A stretch of DNA of 64,000 nt, taken from an uncultured virus (IMG/VR IMGVR_UViG_3300025759_000060) (lineage: Duplodnaviria > Heunggongvirae > Uroviricota > Caudoviricetes). The notes under the pieces are model-generated. The model saw only the letters and a program-made list of their open reading frames with translations. It was not told where the DNA came from and made no database searches. The position numbers and the translations under genes were made by a program. Shown here piece by piece: positions 7,459-18,300 of this stretch. Positions within the stretch are counted from its first letter, which is position 1. Each line of letters opens with the position of its first letter. The stretch is taken from the IMG/VR virus record IMGVR_UViG_3300025759_000060; one strand, given 5' to 3'.

Positions 7459-9416
7459 AACAAATTGATGAGGCTTGGCTTGGCTTGGACTCTGTAGATT
7501 CGCAGATGTTTAATCCAATGTCTATGTTAAATCCAGACGAAGATGATTTCAATCTTAAACTTGCTTGGCTTATGATTAGGCCAGAGTATTTATCTTTTAT
7601 GTCTTATCATATACTTAATATACAATTACTACCATCTCAGTCTCTTTTCTTAAACGAAGTGTGGCAAAGAAAGTTTCCTATGCTTGTTGCTAGTCGAGGC
7701 TTTGGCAAATCATTTATGCTATCTTTATATGCTATATTGAGAGCTTTGATATTACCTAGACGTAAAATAGTTGTTGTGGGCGCTGCGTTTAGACAGTCTA
7801 AAGTTTTGTTTGAATACATGGAAACTATCTGGAGAAATTCTCCTATGCTTAGAGATATATGTGATAGTGATAGTGGTCCACGTAGAGATACAGACAGGTG
7901 TACATTAAGATTAAATGACAGCACAGTAACATGCTTACCTCTTGGCGATGGGCAGAAAATTAGAGGCCAGCGAGCTAATGATATTATTGCTGATGAATTT
8001 GCGTCTATACCTAGAGAAATATTTGAAAATGTTGTAGCTGGTTTTGCAGCAGTAAGTTCTGATCCGGTAGCAAACGTAAAAAGAGTAGCAGCAGAAAAAA
8101 AAGCAAAAGAATTAGGACTGACACTAGAGGAAGAACAGAAAGAACAAAGTAAAGACAATCAAATTGTTTTATCAGGAACCGCTTATTACGATTTTAATCA
8201 TTTCGCCACTTATTGGAAAAAGTGGAAGTCTATAATAAAAAGCCGTGGACAACTATCTAAACTAAAAGAAATTTTTGGCGAAGAACCTCCAGAAGATTTT
8301 GATTGGACGCAATACTCTATCATACGTATGCCCTACGAATTATTGCCTAAAGGATTTATGGATTCCGATCAAGTCGCTAGGTCTAAAGCTACTGTCCATA
8401 CTGGTATATATCAAATGGAGTACGGTGCTTGTTTTACAACAGACTCTCAAGGTTTCTTTAAACGCTCTTTGATAGAATCATGCGTCGTCAATGACAAGGA
8501 AACAATTAAAGATCGGCAAGGTAATGACATAATATTTCAAGCTCAGTTAAAAGGTCAAAAAGATAAAAAATATATATTTGGTGTTGACCCTGCATCAGAA
8601 GTAGATAATTTTAGCATTGTAGTATTAGAAGTAAATTCTGACTATAGAAATATAGTACATTGCTGGACTACGACAAGAACAGAACATAAGGAAAAAGTTA
8701 AAAAAGGTTATGCTAATGAAACAGATTTTTATTCATACTGTGCTAGAAAAATTAGAGATTTAATGAAATTGTTTCCATGTATACACATAGCTTTAGACGC
8801 ACAAGGTGGCGGTATAGCTGTTATGGAAGCTTTGCATGACAAAGATAAGGTTCAAGAAGGAGAACACCTTATATGGCCCACTATAGATGACGACAAAGAA
8901 AAAGATACTGACGGCGAACGTGGCTTACATATATTAGATATGTGTCAATTTGCCAAGTATGATTGGCTAGCCGAGGCAAATCACGGGATGAGAAAAGACT
9001 TTGAAGATAAAGTATTACTTTTTCCATTCTTTGATCCTGTCAGTATAGCTATATCTGAACACGAAGATAATATGAAAAATAGAATATATGACACACTAGA
9101 AGAATGTGTTACAGATATTGAAGAATTAAAAAATGAATTATCTATGATACAGATTACCCAAACAACTAGCGGTAGGGACAGGTGGGATACCCCAGAGGTT
9201 GTTATAGGAACTGGACGTAAAAAGAAATTACGTAAAGATAGGTATTCGGCTTTGTTAATGGCTAACATGGCTGCTAGAACTTTAGGGAGAATGCCTACTG
9301 TTGCACAACCCTCATTTTACGGAGGTTTTGCAACTGGTGGACATTCTAGCAAAAAAGATGAGAAGATGTACACCGCTCCTGCTTGGTTTGAAGATGGCAT
9401 GAAAAACGTGTATTAA
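7437..9416 (+). CDS. terL: Terminase large subunit
   Basis: Walker A ASRGFGKS, Walker B IRGQRANDIIADEF, coupling motif LSGT, RNaseH-like IFGVDPA and KDRYSAL; upstream of the portal. Confidence 0.92.
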   Translation: MAKTEKLKQIDEAWLGLDSVDSQMFNPMSMLNPDEDDFNLKLAWLMIRPEYLSFMSYHILNIQLLPSQSLFLNEVWQRKFPMLVASRGFGKSFMLSLYAILRALILPRRKIVVVGAAFRQSKVLFEYMETIWRNSPMLRDICDSDSGPRRDTDRCTLRLNDSTVTCLPLGDGQKIRGQRANDIIADEFASIPREIFENVVAGFAAVSSDPVANVKRVAAEKKAKELGLTLEEEQKEQSKDNQIVLSGTAYYDFNHFATYWKKWKSIIKSRGQLSKLKEIFGEEPPEDFDWTQYSIIRMPYELLPKGFMDSDQVARSKATVHTGIYQMEYGACFTTDSQGFFKRSLIESCVVNDKETIKDRQGNDIIFQAQLKGQKDKKYIFGVDPASEVDNFSIVVLEVNSDYRNIVHCWTTTRTEHKEKVKKGYANETDFYSYCARKIRDLMKLFPCIHIALDAQGGGIAVMEALHDKDKVQEGEHLIWPTIDDDKEKDTDGERGLHILDMCQFAKYDWLAEANHGMRKDFEDKVLLFPFFDPVSIAISEHEDNMKNRIYDTLEECVTDIEELKNELSMIQITQTTSGRDRWDTPEVVIGTGRKKKLRKDRYSALLMANMAARTLGRMPTVAQPSFYGGFATGGHSSKKDEKMYTAPAWFEDGMKNVY

Positions 9417-9417
9417 T
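9408..9417 (+). promoter_or_regulatory. Putative late promoter GTGTATTAAT
   Basis: Variant of the GTGTATA motif ~45 nt upstream of the portal start. Confidence 0.5.
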
Positions 9418-9453
9418 TAGTATAATCCAATTACATTCCAATTGAGGTAAATA

Positions 9454-11484
9454 ATGAGCGACGACATGATTACTTGGTCAGACGACGACTCTCAAAGCAA
9501 AACAGATGCCATGTCTAAAATGTCAGATAGCGTAGAGGCTTATGCTGGCTTAGGCAAGACTCAAGGTAGTACTTATAGACATTTTATAGATATCGAGCCA
9601 AACCGCTCAGTAAGACCCGGATTTAACGCTAATGATTATTATGCATTTCGTCCCGGCGAAGCAGTTCCTAATCAGCAGCGTAAGATTATTAAAATGTGCA
9701 TGGACGCATATGATAAAGTTGGAATCATTCGTAACATTATTGATTTGATGGGTGATTTTGGCAGTCAAGGTATTAACATCGTACACCGCGATAAAAGCGT
9801 TGAAAAGTTCTATCAACAATGGTTTAGAAATGTAAACGGTAAGGAAAGATCTGAAAGGTTCCTAAACAATCTGTATAAAGCTGGAAACGTAATTATTTAT
9901 CGTAGCTATGCTAAAGTTACTCCTCAACTTAATAACTACATGAAAGCTTTGTCTTCAGACATTAAAGTAGAAGTGCCTAACTTAACTAAGAACGAAATAC
10001 CGTGGCGTTATAATTTCTTTAACCCCTTGACTGTCAAAAATCAAGACGGAAACTTGTCTTTATTCATGGGATATAAAAACCATTCAATAACTACTAACTC
10101 TTTCTTTGATAAATTTAAGGCTGGAGACATACCAAACCACGTTTTGGAAACGCTACCACCAAATGTCAAACAAAGTCTAATTCGTGGAGAAAAGGAAATA
10201 CCTTTAGATCCAGAACGACTTAGCATGTTTTATTATAAAAAAGATGATTGGCGACAATGGGCTAATCCAATGATATACGCTATTCTTGATGATATTATTA
10301 TGCTTGAAAAAATGAGACTAGCAGATCTTTCTGCCCTTGACGGAGCCATTTCTAATATTAGATTATGGACTTTAGGTAGTCTTGATCATAAGATTCTTCC
10401 CAATAAAGCCGCTATAAATAAGTTGCGTGATATTCTAGCTAGTAATGTGGGTGGCGGTACAATGGAATTGGTTTGGGGTCCAGAGCTTTCATTCCAAGAA
10501 TCTAGCACAGATGTTCATAAGTTTTTAGGATCAGAAAAATATACTTCTGTTCTTAACGCTATTTACGCTGGTCTTGGAGTTCCTCCTACGCTTACTGGGA
10601 TGGCTGGAAATGGCGGTGGATTTACTAACAACTTTATATCATTAAAAACATTAGTAGAAAGACTACAATATGGTAGAGATAGATTAGTCAAATTCTGGGA
10701 AAAGGAACTGGAGATTGTACGAAAGGCTATGGGCTTTAGGTATAAAGCTCACATACAGTTTGATCAAATGACCCTATCTGACGAAGCCTCTGAAAAGAAC
10801 CTTCTCATTCAACTCGCTGATAGGGATATTATCAGTCATGAAACTCTTCTTGAGAGATTTAAAGAGATTCCTCAAATTGAAAATATTAGGATCAAACGCG
10901 AACTTGACAAGAGAGATAGTGCTGGACCTCCCAAGGCAAGCCCTTATCACAATCCTAACCATGATCAAGACATAGAGAAAATGGATAAACAGGGGCAGAT
11001 TAATTTAAAACAAGAAAAAGAAAAACAAAAATCTGTTAAACGTAATACCAATACAGACATTAAAGATAATGGTAGACCACCAAATAGTCTGGATAATGGA
11101 CCAAGAAAGAAACGTGTTGAAAAACCAAGATCAAAGCCATCAGTCGCAGAATGCTTTGTGTATGCGGAAGAGTCTTGGTCTAAAATATCAGAAGTTATTA
11201 CAAAAGCTTTTCTTGAAGTTAATCAAAAGAAGAACATGAGACAGCTAACCAAGGCTCAGTTTGCTGATTTAGAAAAATTAAAACTAGATATATTTACTAA
11301 TTTTGAAATTGGTGATGATGTTTCTGAAGCTACTATTTATGAGTCGTTAAAAAACAATGTTAAAGCTCCTCAAAAGTTAACAAAAGATCTTGAAAACAAA
11401 AATGTAAACATTGAAAGTATGAATATAGATACGTACAGAAAATATGTAATTGGCTCATATATTGACCACAAAATGCACGATTAA
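9454..11484 (+). CDS. Portal protein
   Basis: Lies between TerL and the protease; helical core with IYAGLGVPPTL and DIISHETLLE segments, then a charged disordered tail. Confidence 0.8.
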   Translation: MSDDMITWSDDDSQSKTDAMSKMSDSVEAYAGLGKTQGSTYRHFIDIEPNRSVRPGFNANDYYAFRPGEAVPNQQRKIIKMCMDAYDKVGIIRNIIDLMGDFGSQGINIVHRDKSVEKFYQQWFRNVNGKERSERFLNNLYKAGNVIIYRSYAKVTPQLNNYMKALSSDIKVEVPNLTKNEIPWRYNFFNPLTVKNQDGNLSLFMGYKNHSITTNSFFDKFKAGDIPNHVLETLPPNVKQSLIRGEKEIPLDPERLSMFYYKKDDWRQWANPMIYAILDDIIMLEKMRLADLSALDGAISNIRLWTLGSLDHKILPNKAAINKLRDILASNVGGGTMELVWGPELSFQESSTDVHKFLGSEKYTSVLNAIYAGLGVPPTLTGMAGNGGGFTNNFISLKTLVERLQYGRDRLVKFWEKELEIVRKAMGFRYKAHIQFDQMTLSDEASEKNLLIQLADRDIISHETLLERFKEIPQIENIRIKRELDKRDSAGPPKASPYHNPNHDQDIEKMDKQGQINLKQEKEKQKSVKRNTNTDIKDNGRPPNSLDNGPRKKRVEKPRSKPSVAECFVYAEESWSKISEVITKAFLEVNQKKNMRQLTKAQFADLEKLKLDIFTNFEIGDDVSEATIYESLKNNVKAPQKLTKDLENKNVNIESMNIDTYRKYVIGSYIDHKMHD

Positions 11485-11502
11485 TGATATTTTTGTTATT
11501 TT

Positions 11503-11511
11503 GTGTATAAT
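11503..11511 (+). promoter_or_regulatory. Putative late promoter GTGTATAAT
   Basis: Lies just ahead of the GAGGAG RBS and ATG of the protease/scaffold gene. Confidence 0.65.
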
Positions 11512-11528
11512 GTTGTTGAGGAGTAATA

Positions 11529-12977
11529 ATGAAAATATATCCACAAGAAATATCTGATGGCGTAGCTGATCTCGTGCAGTCTAGTGCGAGTTTAGCGTAC
11601 TGCGCGCCTGCAATCCTATGTACAGGTGGTGATGCAGAAACTATTGCTTTTGCTGAAAAAGTAAAAGCGGAAAGCGCTAACCCCAAACAACTTGATTTAT
11701 ATTATATAAAGTCAATTTTGGTATCTACGGGTTGGAATAAGAACGACGATGTTTTTACTCCAGAAGCTACATTTGCAGCTAGAAATACACCAGAGGATAA
11801 ACAATTCAATTTTATGCATAACGAAAATGACATTATTGGTCATATAACTGGTAGTTATGTAGTAGACAAAGAAGGTAATAAGGTAGAAGCTGAAGAAGCT
11901 CCCAAAGACTTTGATATTATCTCAGAAGCAGTTCTCTACAATAGCTGGACAGATCCAGAAAATAGAGAAAGAATGAAACAAATTATAGCCGAGATAGAAG
12001 ATGGCAAATGGTTCGTTTCTATGGAATGCTTGTTTGCTGGTTTTGATTATGCTCTTACGGATGAGTATGGAAAAGCTAGCATCTTGCATAGAAATGAGGG
12101 TTCCGCATTTTTAACAAAACATTTAAGAGCGTATGGTGGCACAGGTGAGTACGAAGGCAGGAAGATTGGTCGCTCTTTACAAAACATTTCTTTTTCAGGA
12201 AAAGGTTTGGTTTCCAAGCCTGCTAATCCTAGAAGTGTAATTTTGGATGCTAGCAGGGCTAGTTCAAACAGTGTTAACGAAGATTTATTAACTTTAGGAG
12301 GCTCAGATATGAGTGATACTAATGTGTTAGAAAAGCAGCTTGCTGAAGTTCGTAGTGAGCTAGCATCTGCTAAAGAAGAGTGCGTTACTCTTCAAGCTTC
12401 GCTGGACGAAGCAACTTCAAAAGAACATACCGAAGCGGTCGCAAAGCTTGAAAGTGACATTGTTGCACAAGCTGAAGCAATTAAGACTCTTGAAGAGTCT
12501 GTCACGGCTAAGGATGCTGCAATTACTGAACTTCAAGAAAGTCTTGAAGCTAAGAATAACGAGTTCATCGAAAAGATGAAAGAAATGAAGAAAATGAAGG
12601 ACGAGAAAAAAGCCGAATCTCGTAAGGCTTCATTGGTTGAAGCTGGTTTTGAAGCTGATGAAGCTGAAGAATCACTTGTAGCTTATGACGCTCTTGACGA
12701 CGACTCTTTCGACACTCTTGTAGCTTTAATGAAAAAGAAGTATGGCAAGATGGAAAAGAAAGAAGACGAAGAAGCAAAGATGGAAAAACCAAAAGCTGAA
12801 GAAGCAGAAGAAGTAGAAGCTGAAGAAGCTGAAGCAGAAGTCGCTGCTGAAGAAGCTCTAGAAGAAGTAGAAACAACTGAAGCTACTTTAGTTGATGCTT
12901 CTGATGAAAATCAAGAACTAGAAGCCACAAGAGCGAGTGTCGCTGAATGGCTCGAAAACAACGTACTTAGCAAATAA
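11529..12977 (+). CDS. Prohead protease fused to a C-terminal scaffold
   Basis: NKNDDVF, NFMHN (His), FVSMEC (Ser), FSGKGLVSKPA; C-terminal half is an acidic E/A/K coiled coil; precedes the decoration and capsid genes. Confidence 0.8.
   Translation: MKIYPQEISDGVADLVQSSASLAYCAPAILCTGGDAETIAFAEKVKAESANPKQLDLYYIKSILVSTGWNKNDDVFTPEATFAARNTPEDKQFNFMHNENDIIGHITGSYVVDKEGNKVEAEEAPKDFDIISEAVLYNSWTDPENRERMKQIIAEIEDGKWFVSMECLFAGFDYALTDEYGKASILHRNEGSAFLTKHLRAYGGTGEYEGRKIGRSLQNISFSGKGLVSKPANPRSVILDASRASSNSVNEDLLTLGGSDMSDTNVLEKQLAEVRSELASAKEECVTLQASLDEATSKEHTEAVAKLESDIVAQAEAIKTLEESVTAKDAAITELQESLEAKNNEFIEKMKEMKKMKDEKKAESRKASLVEAGFEADEAEESLVAYDALDDDSFDTLVALMKKKYGKMEKKEDEEAKMEKPKAEEAEEVEAEEAEAEVAAEEALEEVETTEATLVDASDENQELEATRASVAEWLENNVLSK
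12309..12977 (+). CDS. Putative nested in-frame scaffolding protein (222 aa)
   Basis: AGGAGG at 12296-12301, 7 nt before the in-frame ATG (MSDTNVLEKQL) at the protease/coiled-coil boundary. Confidence 0.6.
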   Translation: MSDTNVLEKQLAEVRSELASAKEECVTLQASLDEATSKEHTEAVAKLESDIVAQAEAIKTLEESVTAKDAAITELQESLEAKNNEFIEKMKEMKKMKDEKKAESRKASLVEAGFEADEAEESLVAYDALDDDSFDTLVALMKKKYGKMEKKEDEEAKMEKPKAEEAEEVEAEEAEAEVAAEEALEEVETTEATLVDASDENQELEATRASVAEWLENNVLSK

Positions 12978-12997
12978 TTTTAAAGGAGAAAATAATT

Positions 12998-13447
12998 ATG
13001 GCTTTAAAATCAGATAGATATGAACTTCAGACTGATATCAGCTTTTTCTACAACGCTGGCACAGCCACTCGCGGATGTGTTGTCGTTCATGATACAGCTG
13101 GATCAGGCGCTGCAATGGATCAGGGTGTAAACCTTGTGAAGAAGCATACGGCTGGCGTTCCAGTTGGTGTCCTTCTTAACGACGTAGTTAATAAGGATCT
13201 CACCCGTACTCATCTTAATCAACATAAGGATGAAGTACAAAAGGGTGGTAAAGTAACTGTCCTTCGTAAAGGTTACGTTGTAACTGACGCGATTGACACA
13301 ACACAAACTCCCGTTGCCGGTTCTGGCGCATACGCAAGTACTGGTACTGCTGGTAACTTCGGCATGGTGGGAACTTATCAAGTCGGTCGTTTCCTGTCCG
13401 CTAAGGACGAGGATGGTTACGCAAAAGTCGAAGTTAACCTTCCCTGA
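12998..13447 (+). CDS. Capsid decoration/cement protein
   Basis: 149 aa immediately before the MCP; PVGVLLNDVV, GKVTVLRKGYVVTD, VGRFLS; strong AAGGAG RBS. Confidence 0.75.
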   Translation: MALKSDRYELQTDISFFYNAGTATRGCVVVHDTAGSGAAMDQGVNLVKKHTAGVPVGVLLNDVVNKDLTRTHLNQHKDEVQKGGKVTVLRKGYVVTDAIDTTQTPVAGSGAYASTGTAGNFGMVGTYQVGRFLSAKDEDGYAKVEVNLP

Positions 13448-13474
13448 ACATAACACATAAAGGAGAATTATAAT

Positions 13475-14482
13475 ATGCCTATTAATGAAAGACCTAGTGA
13501 TGAATTCATTAGTCTCCTGCGTCAGTCAGGGGATGGTGATGTAAATGTAGCGCAAGCTGCCCAGCGAGAGTTCGCTAAAGCGCTTGAGCTTCCACTTCGT
13601 AAGGGTGTCCTTGTCGGCAACATCCTTGGTGATATTTTTGAAACCATCAACGTAGAAGCTGGTTCAACAACTGAGTTTCCTCTTGATCTTATCAGCCCCG
13701 GACTTGAAGGTGAGCATGTAGCTTACACCAATCCCGGTCATGGTAGAATTCCAGAGCGTTCGGTTGAAGGTGACTACGTAATGATTCCAACGTACAGCAT
13801 TGCATCTTCGGTTGATTACCTCCTCCGATATGCTCGTGAAGCTCGTTGGGACATTGTTGGTCGCGCCATGCAAGTCATGGAAGCTGGTTTCACTAAGAAG
13901 ATGAACGACGATGGATGGCACACGATCCTCGCTGCTGGCGTTGACCGTAACATTCTCGTGTTCGACGGTGACGCAACCGCTGGATTGTTCAGCAAGAGAC
14001 TTGTTTCTCTCATGCAAACAGTTATGCGTAGGAACTCTGGTGGTAACAGTGCTTCAACTGGTCGTGGTCGTCTTACTGACATCTACGTTTCACCAGAAGC
14101 CCTTGAGGATGTTCGCAATTGGGGTCTCGATCAGGTTGACGAGGTAACTCGTCGTGAGATTTACACTGCTCCAGAAGGTGGCGCTCCCATCACACGGATC
14201 TTTGGTGTTAATCTTCATGATCTTGATGAGCTTGGAGAAGGTCAGGAATACCAGACTTTCTTCACTGGCGAACTTACTGGTGCTGTTCAGACTAGTGACC
14301 TTGAGCTAGTCGTTGGTCTTGATCAGTCCGCTAGTGATAGCTTCGTAATGCCCGTTAAAGAGCAGTTGCAAGTCTTTGAAGATCCTACTCTTCATCGTCA
14401 GCAACGAGCTGGATATTACGGCTTTGCAGAGCTTGGCTTTGGCGTGTTGGACAACCGTAGAGTGATCCTTGGATCATTCTAA
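13475..14482 (+). CDS. Major capsid protein (HK97-like fold)
   Basis: Synteny, 335 aa, strong RBS, strongly biased codons (CGT, GGT, CTT), followed by a terminator. Confidence 0.85.
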   Translation: MPINERPSDEFISLLRQSGDGDVNVAQAAQREFAKALELPLRKGVLVGNILGDIFETINVEAGSTTEFPLDLISPGLEGEHVAYTNPGHGRIPERSVEGDYVMIPTYSIASSVDYLLRYAREARWDIVGRAMQVMEAGFTKKMNDDGWHTILAAGVDRNILVFDGDATAGLFSKRLVSLMQTVMRRNSGGNSASTGRGRLTDIYVSPEALEDVRNWGLDQVDEVTRREIYTAPEGGAPITRIFGVNLHDLDELGEGQEYQTFFTGELTGAVQTSDLELVVGLDQSASDSFVMPVKEQLQVFEDPTLHRQQRAGYYGFAELGFGVLDNRRVILGSF

Positions 14483-14504
14483 TCTGTACCAATAGCACAG
14501 AACG

Positions 14505-14540
14505 AAAAGCCGCCCTCATTTGCTTGGGGGTGGCTTTTTT
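14505..14540 (+). terminator. Rho-independent terminator after the MCP gene
   Basis: AAAAGCCGCCCTCA-tttgct-TGGGGGTGGCTTTTTT stem-loop with a U tract. Confidence 0.88.
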
Positions 14541-14541
14541 C

Positions 14542-14550
14542 GTGTATATA
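14542..14550 (+). promoter_or_regulatory. Putative late promoter GTGTATATA
   Basis: Immediately after the terminator, placed to restart transcription of the fibre block. Confidence 0.65.
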
Positions 14551-14594
14551 ACAGTAGAATGACCCCCTCGTAGGACTCTATACAGGAGAAGATT

Positions 14595-15302
14595 ATGGCT
14601 GCTTTATCTGATTATCTTGAATCAGGCATATTGAAACATTTATTTTTTGGAGAAACATTTACAAGCCCATCGAACATTTCCGTTGGACTAACAAGTACTG
14701 TACCAATAGATACTGACAGTGGAGAAACAATTGAAGAACTTCCTTCTGGAGCTTTTAAGGGAGCTTCTTTTGTTGACACTGGATATAGAAGAATAAATCT
14801 TGGCAGTAGCACTGATGGTAATAATGTGTGGAATCAAATTGGAACTGACACAACAACAGCTTTTCAAGTTAATTCTTTTGAATCTGGAGTTGGTTTACCA
14901 CCTAATAGCGGATACTTCTATCCTCTGTATTTAGATTCTGCTAAAGCAATATCTGAATCAACTGAGGCCGTTCAATCTGCAACTGAATATACATTTTCAG
15001 AAACTCATCCTGATGTATCTTTTTACGGCCCAAATGGAGTTGTTGTTTCTGGAGACTATAGCTCGACAGATCCGGGTTATATTGAATACGATGGAAATGG
15101 ATTTATTAAAAATAAAAATCAACTAGCTTTTCCAACAGCTAATGTTAATTGGGGTTTTATTTCGGGAATTGTTATTACGGACAGCGAGTTTGTTGGTTCT
15201 GGAAATGTACTAATGTACTCAGAATTACAAAATCCTAGAAACATCTTTACAGGAGATAGTATTAAATTTGATACAAATTCTTTAGAAATTAGCTTAAAAT
15301 AA
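14595..15302 (+). CDS. Virion structural protein (small fibre/whisker-type family) with an internal insertion
   Basis: MAALSDYLE...VGLTST...GYRR and N..LAFPTA..NWG.I...GN.L.Y..L...R.I..GD..KF pattern of a widespread phage structural family; ~90-aa insert containing GYFYPLYL. Confidence 0.6.
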   Translation: MAALSDYLESGILKHLFFGETFTSPSNISVGLTSTVPIDTDSGETIEELPSGAFKGASFVDTGYRRINLGSSTDGNNVWNQIGTDTTTAFQVNSFESGVGLPPNSGYFYPLYLDSAKAISESTEAVQSATEYTFSETHPDVSFYGPNGVVVSGDYSSTDPGYIEYDGNGFIKNKNQLAFPTANVNWGFISGIVITDSEFVGSGNVLMYSELQNPRNIFTGDSIKFDTNSLEISLK

Positions 15303-15319
15303 CCTGAGAGAACCACCCA

Positions 15320-18300
15320 ATGACTATTGTTTCTAAAAATCAGTTAGTTAATAGTATAAATGCGGATATCAGTAATAATTCTAATCAAGAAATTTCTCCA
15401 GAAGATATTCGTCATAATCTAATAGATCTAGTTGATTCTGTTCATTTGTTGCTCGATAGTACAAAAGATATTACTATTGAAAAATTAACTTCTTCAAATT
15501 TTTATACGCCGTCTAATAGAAGTACTATAGTTGGCGAAGAAGCAATAAGTAAACTACATTTAGACAGCTATGTTACTAACGATAATACGGCTGTTGGATA
15601 TGCTTCTCTTAAAAATAACTATCAAGGCAGTGGTAATACTTCTGTAGGAACTTTTGCCCTTAGTTGTAATATATTTGGTGATAATAATTCTGCATTTGGT
15701 GTCAACAGTCTCAGTGCAAATACTAACGGCTTTGCAAATGTTGGCGTTGGCAATTATGCTTTAACAAGAAACAAAACTGGTGATTTTAATATAGCGATTG
15801 GTCATGGCGCTGGTTATTATTCAAAAGATGAAAACTATAAATTATTTATTGCTAATCATCCAGCTAACGAAGAATATGTTTGCGATAATCCTCTTGGATC
15901 TGGTTTGACTCCTTTAATATACGGTAATCTTTTAAATGAAGATCTCGTGCTTGGAGTTGGAACTAGAACTTTATATAGCCACTCTATTGGCGTTATTCAA
16001 TCTAGCGGAGCTATTTCTCCAACTTTAGATAATACTTTTGATATTGGTCATAAAGATTATAAATGGCAAAATGTACATACTCAAAATATTGTTCTGGCTA
16101 GTGGAGCTATTATAACTAATCATACCTCTCATGATGTTATCAATGTTTCTGGAAATATTTCTCCTTTTGACAATAGAAAGTTTCATCTAGGTTCTTCTAA
16201 CGCATATTTTGCTAGCGGCTATATTAGCCATCTGTTTACTGATGTTACTAATACAATATCAGATAATCATTACGAAGGTAAAGTTTTGTACGTAGCTTCT
16301 AGTGGAGATCCACCAGACGCTTATTTAACACCAGAACAACTTTCAGGTGGTGGTATAGTTGTTCGCGGCAGTGGTGAGGGTACTGACCAAAGTGTTGATT
16401 ATGCATTTTTGTTTAGACCTAGCGGCGAGTCTTCAGTTCCTTTTTATTCTTTTGAAGATTACAATCATCTTTCTAGGTCTTTTTGGGAAAGCAATATTAG
16501 CTTGCACATTTCTTCTGGCAGTCATGTTCACACGCCAAGACTTTTAAATAGTGGCGAGCTTGACCTTGTAGTATATTCCCCTGATCAGCCAGAGTTTGGA
16601 ATGTATTTAAATAGTGGAGCTTTATATGTTACGTCTGATAGTGGTGGAATATTTGGAATAAATCCGGGTTCCAGCAGTGGCTTGCTAGCTGGAATGGGTA
16701 GCGTTAACATGCTGTCGCCTTCTGGAATAAACGATAATTATTTTCTAACCGTTGGATCACTAGAAAGTGGAGTTACTGTTGGTCAAAGATTTATTACTGG
16801 AGCTAAACAAAGAGAAAAAGATGATGATGGTCTTGATAAGTTAAATGGATTTACACATAAGTATATAGATGCTTCTAATACAATATACTCTGGCCCTAAA
16901 GTTGATAGATTTGTAATTTCATCTCATGACAATTCTTCTTATGGTTTTAATAATCTAATACTTATGAAGAATCATAGTAATGGTGGAATTTTAGGAGTAA
17001 ATAATTTCAGCGAAGGTGGTGACGCTGTAATACCACAGACATCTTTTAATGTTAGAACAAACCATAATGCTGCTGTTAGAATTACCGCTGAAAATGCTGG
17101 TCAAGTATCTTCAGCTCTACAGTTATTAACAAACCTTAATTGTTTGTCTAGTGGTTTTGAGATTAAATATAACGGTGGAGCTAGTGGTGTTGCAGAGTTT
17201 AACATGTATGATGCTTCTGGCTTAATAACCGCTGCAAAGATTACTAAAGATGGTAATTTTGGTATATTGTCTAGCGGCTCTCTTAATCGTCATCTAACTG
17301 TCGGTGATGATGGCTCGCCCAACGCCGTAATAGCTATTCATATTGTAAGTGGATTGCATCCATCTTTTAGCGCAATACCAAATCATAGTCAGATATACTC
17401 CAAAGAAATGCCTAGTGGAACTCCTACAAATATTGGTCAGACTTTAAGAACGTTTACAATGGATGGCGATGGCAATGAATTAAACATGACCAGAAATGTT
17501 TTTCTTCATGGTGATGGTTTAGTTTATCAAGACGGTAGATTTAATACTTTTGCTGGCTTATCATCTACTTTAGATAGACAGCATTTAAATACTGCTTTTC
17601 ATAATACAGGTTATGGTAATGGAGCTTTAGCATTAAATACTTCTGGTAACTATAACACTGCACTTGGTTCTCTTGCTCTTAGTGGCGTTGTTGAAAGTAA
17701 TTATAATATTGCAATTGGCTATGGCGCTGGCGCATCTTCTAGTGGTAACTATAATCTTTTAATAGGGAACTCATTAAACGCTGTTGATGGTGAAAGTTAT
17801 AAATTTAAACTTGGGGCTAATAGTAGCAACGTATTGATGAGTGGTTGTACTGGACCACTAAGTTCAGATAGAGTTTTATTCTTACCAAATGGAAAATTAT
17901 CTGTACAAGAAGATAACAACAAAAGCTTATATCTATCTAATAACTTAATTAAAGTAATTAATCACAGTTCTGCAACTCAGTTACCTCCAGATTCCCTTAG
18001 TTTAGATTTTTCTCATTCTGTTAGTGGAGCAAGATTAGTTGAGTTTAATCATGCCGCACTTCCTATGAGCGGGTTCAAAGGCTTTGGCGTTTCCAACCCA
18101 AACTATACTGAACCTAATATGGAGAGACCTTATGTTGGAGTTTCTGGCGATATTAAGCTATTGGGAGCAATCAGATTTAGTAACGGCGATTCTTTAGAAA
18201 GCACAGAAGATATCACTAATCTTTCTGAAAGTGGCGCTTTTGTTAGTGGAGTTGTATTTTCTACGCTTCCAAAATTTAGAGAAGGTTTTATGATAGATAA

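Noticed and set aside
7437..14482. Inteins or introns in TerL, portal or MCP
   Set aside because: The ORFs are continuous, of ordinary size, and show no intein splice-junction motifs.
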